A stretch of 35,173 nucleotides of DNA, taken from positions 1 to 35,173 of the IMG/VR virus record IMGVR_UViG_3300032248_000963; one strand, written 5' to 3'. The first letter of the stretch is position 1. Each line of letters begins with the position of its first letter. Shown piece after piece: positions 1 through 4,802 of this stretch. This DNA comes from a virus. Its lineage: Duplodnaviria > Caudoviricetes. A program made the translations under genes and the position numbers. The notes under the pieces were generated by a model. That model saw only the letters and a list, made by a program, of their open reading frames with translations, was not told the origin of the DNA and did no database searches.

Positions 1-132
1 AATGCTATTCTCCAAGCGCACGGTGAGCGTGGCGATTGTGTGTTCCAGAAGAACTTTAAGTGGTTCGTTCAAATGAACACTGTGCAGGGTTTGAGTGTCA
101 TTCCTTTCTTCGATTCCATGCGCCTCGGTTAA
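1..132 (+). CDS. 3' end of a hypothetical phage protein (partial; ...NAILQAHGERGDCVFQKNFKWFV...MRLG*)
   Basis: Frame 1 is open from base 1 to TAA at 130-132; the NAIL...VFQKNFxWFV pattern resembles small cyanophage early proteins. Confidence 0.65.
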   Translation, partial: NAILQAHGERGDCVFQKNFKWFVQMNTVQGLSVIPFFDSMRLG

Positions 133-187
133 ATTTAACGGGGCACGGTAACGGTAAGTCCCCAGCACAAGTTCATCATTTAAACTA

Positions 188-316
188 ATGAGCATCACTG
201 AAATGTATCAAGAGATTGTTGAACAAGAGATGGCAGACATTTTCCTAGATGAAGATGGCTACATCATCGAAGATTACACCTTTGAAAATGTAATCGAAGA
301 GCAATACGACATCTAG
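188..316 (+). CDS. Very acidic 42-aa hypothetical protein (MSITEMYQEIVEQEMADIF...)
   Basis: Manual translation ATG188-TAG316; 14 D/E and no K/R. Confidence 0.7.
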   Translation: MSITEMYQEIVEQEMADIFLDEDGYIIEDYTFENVIEEQYDI

Positions 317-359
317 TATTGTTCTAGCTAACTAAACCAACCCAATTGCTATTTTAATC

Positions 360-524
360 ATGACCCAAGATCTTATGCTTTCCCTGTTGAATCGTGCCTC
401 TAATGGTAACGAACTGCTGTCTGTGCTCGATACATTTACCGCCGAAGATGCCGAGGTTAAATGTAACGTTGCTATTGGCAAGTCTCGTACTGCCCTTCCT
501 ACCATGGAATCTATCGAATTCTGA
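360..524 (+). CDS. 54-aa hypothetical protein (MTQDLMLSLLNRASNGNELLSVLD...)
   Basis: Manual translation ATG360-TGA524; A/C-rich leader; ends just before the first palindrome. Confidence 0.7.
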   Translation: MTQDLMLSLLNRASNGNELLSVLDTFTAEDAEVKCNVAIGKSRTALPTMESIEF

Positions 525-530
525 TTACCC

Positions 531-613
531 TGTGACACTTTGAGAACTGGCACAGTATTCTCCCAAACCATGAGATGCTGTGCCATACTTAACAAGTCAA
601 CCAAACAAAGCAA
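531..613 (+). promoter_or_regulatory. Early cassette promoter 1: palindrome 531-554, -10 CATACT 584-589, leader TCAACCAAAC
   Basis: TGTGACA-CTTTGAGAAC-TGGCACA, 29-bp gap, TG-c-CATACT (extended -10), ATG at 614. Confidence 0.8.
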
Positions 614-775
614 ATGACCGACACTCGTAAACTGCATTTCACTGACGCTAAATCTGGTCAAGAACGTGTAATCGAAGTGAGCATGAATCTCGCTATGATG
701 ATGGTGCAAACCATGCACATTGCTGGCGTTGATGCTTACATTGAGTTCACTGCTGCTGATGTCGTCGCTGCCTGA
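614..775 (+). CDS. 53-aa hypothetical protein (MTDTRKLHFTDAKSGQERVIEV...)
   Basis: Manual translation; directly follows the cassette leader. Confidence 0.75.
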   Translation: MTDTRKLHFTDAKSGQERVIEVSMNLAMMMVQTMHIAGVDAYIEFTAADVVAA

Positions 776-782
776 TTTAACC

Positions 783-1010
783 ATGATTTCTAACACTTTT
801 ATGAAATCCTTCACTAACACTTTGGTGTTCAATCTTGCCACTCTCGCTGCTATTGTGGTTGGTGTGGTAAGTTATGCCTACCGTGCCCTTCGGGTTTGGT
901 ATGCTGACAACGGCGAAGAACTGCGTTGGAATGTTAGTTTCCAACTCGCTGAGTTCTTCGGTTCGCTTCACTTTAAGTTTGCTGATCTTGCTGGAGAGTT
1001 TGATGACTGA
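783..1010 (+). CDS. 75-aa predicted membrane protein
   Basis: ORF-track frame 720..1010, start reassigned to ATG783 after the upstream stop; hydrophobic segment LVFNLATLAAIVVGVVSYAY. Confidence 0.7.
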   Translation: MISNTFMKSFTNTLVFNLATLAAIVVGVVSYAYRALRVWYADNGEELRWNVSFQLAEFFGSLHFKFADLAGEFDD

Positions 1011-1128
1011 GACCTACACTTTCACTGGTGACGCTGTAACCTACCTCGGTTTGGTTGGTGTTATCTCCACCGCTATCATTGTGATTTCGGTGTTTCGTTC
1101 CTATTACAATTCTCCCCTTCGGAAATGA
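1003..1128 (+). CDS. 41-aa single-pass membrane protein (MTETYTFTGDAVTYLGLVGVISTAIIVISVFRSYYNSPLRK)
   Basis: ATG1003 overlaps the end of the upstream gene; one transmembrane-like segment followed by a basic tail. Confidence 0.75.
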   Translation: MTETYTFTGDAVTYLGLVGVISTAIIVISVFRSYYNSPLRK

Positions 1129-1286
1129 CACTCAAAGAATACTATTTCACTGATGAGCAGATAGATTTTCTGCTCGACATTGTGAAGAGTAACGCACAGT
1201 ATGAAGATGAAGATTTGTGTGAGTGGATGACAGAATTGGCGAATCAAATTGAAGATCAAATTGTAAACCACCCGATGAACGAGTAA
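1125..1286 (+). CDS. Acidic 53-aa hypothetical protein (MTLKEYYFTDEQIDFLLDIV...)
   Basis: ATGA overlap with the upstream stop; 14 D/E versus 2 K. Confidence 0.75.
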   Translation: MTLKEYYFTDEQIDFLLDIVKSNAQYEDEDLCEWMTELANQIEDQIVNHPMNE

Positions 1287-1329
1287 GGTATACTTAAGGC
1301 GCCCAGCGCCTCTCCCTTCCCTCCCCTCC

Positions 1330-1363
1330 CGCCCTCTAGGTTACAGACTCTAGGGGGCGTTTT
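1330..1363 (+). terminator. Intrinsic terminator
   Basis: Stem CGCCCTCTAG / CTAGGGGGCG with one G-U pair, 10-nt loop, then TTTT. Confidence 0.65.
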
Positions 1364-1372
1364 GGTGGTTTG

Positions 1373-1457
1373 GTGGACAGTCTGAGAGCTGGCACACTGA
1401 CCGCCTGAGAGGCGCTGCCGACCCTGTAGACTGATCACATACCAAACGAGAGAGACC
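1373..1457 (+). promoter_or_regulatory. Early cassette promoter 2: palindrome 1373-1396, -10 TAGACT 1427-1432
   Basis: GTGGACA-N10-TGGCACA, 30-bp gap, leader ACCAAACGAGAGAGACC-ATG. Confidence 0.8.
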
Positions 1458-1625
1458 ATGACCAACAATCCCTACGTTGCCACCCTGCTGGAGATGGGAT
1501 ACGATGAGGCGGACTGCCGCACCCCTGCCCCTAAGGCAGAGTACCCCCGTACCATCTACGGTCGGGTCTTCGAGACGGAGGCAGACTATAAAGAGGCGCT
1601 TGCCGACTTCCTCAACGGGATGTGA
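1458..1625 (+). CDS. 55-aa hypothetical protein (MTNNPYVATLLEMGYDEADCR...)
   Basis: Manual translation; its TGA is supplied by the TGTGACA of the next palindrome. Confidence 0.8.
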   Translation: MTNNPYVATLLEMGYDEADCRTPAPKAEYPRTIYGRVFETEADYKEALADFLNGM

Positions 1626-1680
1626 CAGTCTGACAAGTGGCACAGGGGGGATTGCAATTGCCCCTCACTGCTGCCATACT
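1621..1680 (+). promoter_or_regulatory. Early cassette promoter 3: palindrome 1621-1644, -10 CATACT 1675-1680
   Basis: TGTGACA-GTCTGACAAG-TGGCACA; the 30-bp gap holds a GGGG..CCCC hairpin; TG-c-CATACT. Confidence 0.8.
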
Positions 1681-1777
1681 AAGTTCATAAGGGGAGACGC
1701 GAGGGCGGCAACGCCTCAGACCCCTTTCCACACTGTAGGGGGGATCGGTGCCCCAACCAAACCATTTCATTTCACAA

Positions 1778-2206
1778 ATGTCTGTTACCTTGACCGCTAA
1801 CTACAAAGAAGTCCTCGACGCTGTTACTGTTGAGAAGATCGACGAATTGCTCGAAGAAAACTATGCTCTCGATGACATGTTGGAGTTCATCGATGAGCGT
1901 AATGAGAACTGGTTCGTTAACTATTACGAAGAGTATGTGCGCTGTGGTGAAGCGATTGGATACGATGCTGTAGATGCTTTCATCGATGAGATGGGCGGCA
2001 TTTCTGACATCGAGGGATGTGATGATCGCTTCCGTGGTTGGTACGAATCGGAGGCAGACTTCGCTGAAGATTTCTTCAACGAGATTGGTGATATTCCCTC
2101 TGCTCTGGTAATCGATTGGCAGGCAACCTACGATTCCTCCCTGCGTTACGATTTCACCGCTTGTGAGAAGTCCTACCGTCAAGTTGCAGTGTTCAGCGAC
2201 TACTGA
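1778..2206 (+). CDS. ardA: ArdA-like antirestriction (DNA-mimic) protein, 142 aa
   Basis: About a quarter D/E; C-terminal FRGWYESEADFAEDFF...IPSALVIDWQATYDSSLRYDF matches the ArdA pattern YxGxYxSxxDFAEE...IPxxLxxYIDWExxARDL; start reassigned to ATG1778. Confidence 0.7.
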   Translation: MSVTLTANYKEVLDAVTVEKIDELLEENYALDDMLEFIDERNENWFVNYYEEYVRCGEAIGYDAVDAFIDEMGGISDIEGCDDRFRGWYESEADFAEDFFNEIGDIPSALVIDWQATYDSSLRYDFTACEKSYRQVAVFSDY

Positions 2207-2209
2207 GAC

Positions 2210-2234
2210 AGGGGGGCGATTGCCCCTCTTTTTT
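2210..2234 (+). terminator. Intrinsic terminator after ardA-like gene
   Basis: GGGGC-GATT-GCCCC hairpin followed by TCTTTTTT. Confidence 0.75.
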
Positions 2235-2255
2235 ATACATTTCACCCCACACTGA

Positions 2256-2405
2256 ATGAAGATTCGTAAGCGTTATTTGTTGCTAGGTGTTATTTTGTGC
2301 ATGATGTTTGGCCCTGGTGGTGTTGCTGCCATTCTCGCCTTAGTTAAGTTAACAGCTGTGACACCTGAGGCACTGGCACAAGGCGACCCTGACCCTGCCG
2401 CCTGA
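2256..2405 (+). CDS. 49-aa signal-peptide/membrane-like ORF (MKIRKRYLLLGVILCMMFGPGG...)
   Basis: Manual translation; basic N-terminus plus hydrophobic stretch; the C-terminus is read through the palindrome at 2357. Confidence 0.55.
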   Translation: MKIRKRYLLLGVILCMMFGPGGVAAILALVKLTAVTPEALAQGDPDPAA

Positions 2406-2442
2406 CCCTGTAGAATTACAGCATACCAAACGAAACGAAACG
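2357..2442 (+). promoter_or_regulatory. Early cassette promoter 4: palindrome 2357-2380, -10 TAGAAT 2411-2416
   Basis: TGTGACA-CCTGAGGCAC-TGGCACA, 30-bp gap, leader ACCAAACGAAACGAAACG-ATG. Confidence 0.8.
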
Positions 2443-2610
2443 ATGAACGACCTTGAGCTCCGCTGCCTTGCCCTCGCTGATGAGCTGGCAGACTTTGGAA
2501 TCGACCGTGTTGATGATGGAGACCTTGCCCTAGCATTCGAGGGGCTGACCGAATCCAACCTCTACGCTACGGCTGAGGCCATCGCCTACCTGGGCGATTG
2601 GTTCAACTGA
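2443..2610 (+). CDS. Acidic 55-aa hypothetical protein (MNDLELRCLALADELADFGID...)
   Basis: Manual translation; follows the cassette leader; 13 D/E versus 2 R. Confidence 0.8.
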   Translation: MNDLELRCLALADELADFGIDRVDDGDLALAFEGLTESNLYATAEAIAYLGDWFN

Positions 2611-2617
2611 CCCCATC

Positions 2618-2650
2618 TGTGATAGGATACCACAAGCAACCAACCAACCA
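2618..2650 (+). promoter_or_regulatory. Extended -10 promoter (TG-a-TAGGAT, 2620-2628) with CAAC-repeat leader and no palindrome
   Basis: TGn-TAGGAT; the -10 starts 28 nt before ATG2651, a geometry similar to the other cassettes. Confidence 0.6.
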
Positions 2651-2797
2651 ATGGCCAACACCCTACGCCTCGCCCTAGTCGCTGCCATGCTGCTGATGTT
2701 CAGCCAGACCGCTGGCGCCATCCTACAGACAGCCCAGACCTTAGACCGTGTGACAGCAGACAAGGTGGCACAGATAAACGCGCTGGGCGCCAACTGA
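2651..2797 (+). CDS. 48-aa signal-peptide-like ORF (MANTLRLALVAAMLLMFSQTAGA...)
   Basis: Manual translation; hydrophobic N-terminus with an AxA motif; contains palindrome 2749-2772. Confidence 0.7.
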   Translation: MANTLRLALVAAMLLMFSQTAGAILQTAQTLDRVTADKVAQINALGAN

Positions 2798-2835
2798 CCC
2801 TGTAGACTAAACACATCAACCAAACGAGACAACCA
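2749..2835 (+). promoter_or_regulatory. Early cassette promoter 5: palindrome 2749-2772, -10 TAGACT 2803-2808
   Basis: TGTGACA-GCAGACAAGG-TGGCACA, 30-bp gap; -10 starts 33 nt before the ATG. Confidence 0.8.
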
Positions 2836-2988
2836 ATGGAAACCGACACCCTGTTCACCGAGATTCAGGACATGCCTGGCGAGATCTTCGACATCGACTT
2901 CGACGATCTCTTCGATGATGAACAGATCGACCGCCGCCGTATGGAGCGTGACGGTTGGGCAACTGACTCCTGGGATGGTCGCTGGTGA
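2836..2988 (+). CDS. Very acidic 50-aa hypothetical protein (METDTLFTEIQDMPGEIFDIDFDDLFDDE...)
   Basis: Manual translation; follows the cassette leader; 17 D/E. Confidence 0.8.
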   Translation: METDTLFTEIQDMPGEIFDIDFDDLFDDEQIDRRRMERDGWATDSWDGRW

Positions 2989-3033
2989 CCCCTGACCCTG
3001 TAGACTAAACACATCAACCAAACGAGAGAGACC
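2947..3033 (+). promoter_or_regulatory. Early cassette promoter 6: degenerate palindrome 2947-2970, -10 TAGACT 3001-3006
   Basis: CGTGACG-N10-TGACTCC at the same 30-bp distance; exact 34-bp -10/leader repeat. Confidence 0.7.
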
Positions 3034-3231
3034 ATGACTCGCAACTCAACCGACGACCTGCAGCAGTTCCTAGATGAACTGACCCCAGAGCAACGGGAGG
3101 CAATCGGCGCCGCCAGCGCCCAGGATTGGATGGATGCCATCGGCGCCTGCATTAAAGACCCGACCTTCTGGGCTGGCATCGGCGCTGCCTTTCTAAACGG
3201 TATGGCACGGGGTCTTGATAAGCACCTGTGA
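3034..3231 (+). CDS. 65-aa hypothetical protein
   Basis: ORF track; follows the cassette leader; TGA supplied by the next palindrome. Confidence 0.8.
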   Translation: MTRNSTDDLQQFLDELTPEQREAIGAASAQDWMDAIGACIKDPTFWAGIGAAFLNGMARGLDKHL

Positions 3232-3313
3232 CGCCTGAGGCACTGGCACACTAACCGCCAGACCCTGCCGCCTGACCCTGTAGACTAAACACATCAACCA
3301 AACGACCCGAACC
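3227..3313 (+). promoter_or_regulatory. Early cassette promoter 7: palindrome 3227-3250, -10 TAGACT 3281-3286
   Basis: TGTGACG-CCTGAGGCAC-TGGCACA, 30-bp gap; largely identical to promoter 4. Confidence 0.8.
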
Positions 3314-3574
3314 ATGAAGCACACCTACAACGGCTGGACCAACTACGAAACCTGGAATGCCGCCCTGTGGATCGGCAACGATGAGTTCCTCTACAACACC
3401 GCTAAGGCATGTGTTGAATTCTGTGGCGATGATGAGACCCCCTGGGATAAGTTCGTTCGTTGCATGACTGAGGGCCAGATTGGGCGGATGCTCGGCCAGA
3501 CCCCCGATGGCGTCAAATGGGATTCTGCCTGCATCAACGACCGCGAGATGGTTGAGATGATGACCGAACTCTAA
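3314..3574 (+). CDS. Conserved phage hypothetical protein (YNGWTNYETWNxALW family), 86 aa
   Basis: ORF track; recognisable N-terminal motif common in phage early regions; function unknown. Confidence 0.85.
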   Translation: MKHTYNGWTNYETWNAALWIGNDEFLYNTAKACVEFCGDDETPWDKFVRCMTEGQIGRMLGQTPDGVKWDSACINDREMVEMMTEL

Positions 3575-3576
3575 AC

Positions 3577-3646
3577 TGGCACAGCAGGGGGCAGCGATGC
3601 CCCGATGCCCGCCTAGGATTAACCCATCAACCAAACGACCCGAACC
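3577..3646 (+). promoter_or_regulatory. Early cassette promoter 8: right half-site TGGCACA 3577-3583, -10 TAGGAT 3614-3619
   Basis: Half-site at the same 30-bp distance; GGGGCA-GCGA-TGCCCC hairpin in the gap. Confidence 0.75.
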
Positions 3647-3832
3647 ATGATTCTCGCTCAAGCATCCCGCCTCTCGGACCGTGCCCATGTATGGGTCGCC
3701 CGTAAAAACAACGACGAATCTTTCACCCGTATCACCTGCCCTTCGGGTCACCCCGCCAGCGTATGGGCGGCGCAGTTTGCCGAGGTGTATCATGATGAGG
3801 CGATTGCCAAACTGCCCACCTTCGAAGATTGA
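3647..3832 (+). CDS. 61-aa hypothetical protein
   Basis: ORF track; follows the exact leader repeat. Confidence 0.8.
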   Translation: MILAQASRLSDRAHVWVARKNNDESFTRITCPSGHPASVWAAQFAEVYHDEAIAKLPTFED

Positions 3833-3895
3833 GAGGGGGGGGGCCACCCCCCCCTCACCGTCTACAATTAACAAGTCAACCAAACGACCCGAACC
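3833..3895 (+). promoter_or_regulatory. Cassette promoter 9: G-run/C-run hairpin 3833-3856, -10 TACAAT 3863-3868, leader; no palindrome at the expected position
   Basis: GAGGGGGGGGG-CCA-CCCCCCCCTC hairpin; -10 starts 33 nt before ATG3896; TTAACAAGTCAACCAAAC shared with promoter 1. Confidence 0.7.
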
Positions 3896-4099
3896 ATGCA
3901 ACTCCCCATCGACACCGAGCACAGCAGCGCCATCACCCGCCTGACTGCCAACCCCATCACGGGCAGCGTTCGGGTGACCTTCACCAGCGGGGCGACCATG
4001 TACCGATTCGGTGGCGTCTCCCGTCGTGCCATCCTCGCCGCTCTGCTGATGCCCCCCCTTAGCGTGGGCGTCTGGGTCAACCGCCATTGCTTCAACTGA
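3896..4099 (+). CDS. KTSC-domain-like small protein, 67 aa
   Basis: SSAI...P.TG.VRVTF.SG..YRF.GV...SVG.WVN follows the KTSC pattern (SSxI..YD...LxVxFxxGxxYxYxxVP...SxGxxxN). Confidence 0.6.
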   Translation: MQLPIDTEHSSAITRLTANPITGSVRVTFTSGATMYRFGGVSRRAILAALLMPPLSVGVWVNRHCFN

Positions 4100-4104
4100 C
4101 CCAT

Positions 4105-4116
4105 CATCCTAGCACA
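4105..4116 (-). promoter_or_regulatory. Candidate antisense extended -10 (TGTGCTAGGATG) facing the KTSC-like gene
   Basis: Reverse complement of CATCCTAGCACA, just after the stop codon; identical copy at 4347-4358. Confidence 0.5.
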
Positions 4117-4134
4117 CCATACCCCTACCCTCTG

Positions 4135-4341
4135 ATGCGAACCACCAAGGAGATCACCCGTGCCGCTGCTGCTATGGGTTACCGATGCACCCGAATGGGT
4201 AAGCACCAACGATGGGAGCACCCCATCAACCCTACCATCGCATGGGGCACGATTCCACATCAGAACAAGAGCGAACGATTGGGGCGAACGATCATCAAGC
4301 AAATGGAGCAGCGCCTAGCACAGGCGAGGGCGATGGCATGA
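4135..4341 (+). CDS. HicA-like mRNA interferase (toxin fold), 68 aa, no adjacent HicB
   Basis: MRTTKEITRAAAAMGYRCTRMGKHQRWEHP...TIPHQ...LGRTIIKQ fits the HicA layout: helix, G[FY]xxxRxxG[SK]H, HP, [VI]PxH, final helix ending IxKQ; start reassigned to ATG4135. Confidence 0.65.
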   Translation: MRTTKEITRAAAAMGYRCTRMGKHQRWEHPINPTIAWGTIPHQNKSERLGRTIIKQMEQRLAQARAMA

Positions 4342-4346
4342 CCTGC

Positions 4347-4358
4347 CATCCTAGCACA
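4347..4358 (-). promoter_or_regulatory. Candidate antisense extended -10 (TGTGCTAGGATG) facing the HicA-like gene
   Basis: Same 12-mer and same 5-nt offset from the stop codon as 4105-4116. Confidence 0.5.
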
Positions 4359-4501
4359 GTGGGCAGTGCCAACAGTTATTTTATAACGATACCGTTATAG
4401 CGGCGCGGCCGAGCGAAAAACCATAGATACTATTAACCTACAAAACTTTGAAAACGCGAGAGTGTTTACACGTTCATTAAAAAAATTTTTCCCCAAATAA
4501 A

Positions 4502-4612
4502 ATGCCTCAAAAACCTTCACCAACTCTATCAACTCGAACGACCAAAAGGGAAGAGTTTGGGTATATCTACATAGTATTGCGAGAGCTTTGGAGTATGGTG
4601 TGGAGCAGATAG
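4502..4612 (+). CDS. 36-aa hypothetical protein (MPQKPSPTLSTRTTKREEFGYIYIVLRELWSMVWSR)
   Basis: Manual translation; first ORF of the AT-rich part. Confidence 0.5.
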   Translation: MPQKPSPTLSTRTTKREEFGYIYIVLRELWSMVWSR

Positions 4613-4767
4613 ACCATGTAATTATAGAGCACGGTTCTATGTGCATCTATGCTACGAGTAATCATGGTAGACAGGTGAGGATACAATTTCAGAATCCTTA
4701 CGAGTTTGTGCAAGGAATACAGAAGTGTAGTAGTTGGCTTCCTTCGGAGAGAATACTAAATCGCTGA
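4588..4767 (+). CDS. 55-59-aa hypothetical protein (..EQIDHVIIEHGSMCIYATSNHG...), start TTG4588 or GTG4600
   Basis: Manual translation to TGA 4765-4767; fills the gap between neighbours. Confidence 0.5.
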   Translation: MEYGVEQIDHVIIEHGSMCIYATSNHGRQVRIQFQNPYEFVQGIQKCSSWLPSERILNR

Positions 4768-4802
4768 AAAACTTGCTATATAAAATAAAATTTCAAAAAA
4801 TT

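Larger units (their letters stand above)
2794..3305 (+). repeat. Three exact 34-bp direct repeats CTGACCCTGTAGACTAAACACATCAACCAAACGA (2794-2827, 2992-3025, 3272-3305)
   Basis: Read directly from the sequence. Confidence 0.95.
3294..3898 (+). repeat. Three exact 23-bp leader/start repeats TCAACCAAACGACCCGAACCATG (3294-3316, 3627-3649, 3876-3898)
   Basis: Read directly from the sequence; each copy ends in the ATG of a gene. Confidence 0.95.

Noticed and set aside
139-164. Possible hairpin GGGGC...GTCCC with ACGGTA repeated in the loop
   Set aside because: Stem is short, there is no U-tract and it occurs once; too weak to call
531-3250. CRP or NtcA boxes
   Set aside because: Spacing does not match TGTGA-N6-TCACA or GTA-N8-TAC
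531-3583. True integron attC sites
   Set aside because: No RYYYAAC/GTTRRRY ends, no long imperfect hairpin, no integrase in the window, and each unit carries its own promoter
2794-3898. CRISPR array suggested by 23-34 bp direct repeats
   Set aside because: Intervening segments are 160 bp or longer, variable in length and full ORFs; the repeats contain -10 and ATG elements; no cas genes
332-4646. Minus-strand and alternative-frame ORFs in the track (e.g. 332-841, 1477-1800, 2530-3021, 3251-4087, 3868-4302)
   Set aside because: Shadows of GC-rich + strand genes; they cross promoter repeats and lack leaders, while the + strand mini-ORFs start exactly at the repeated leaders
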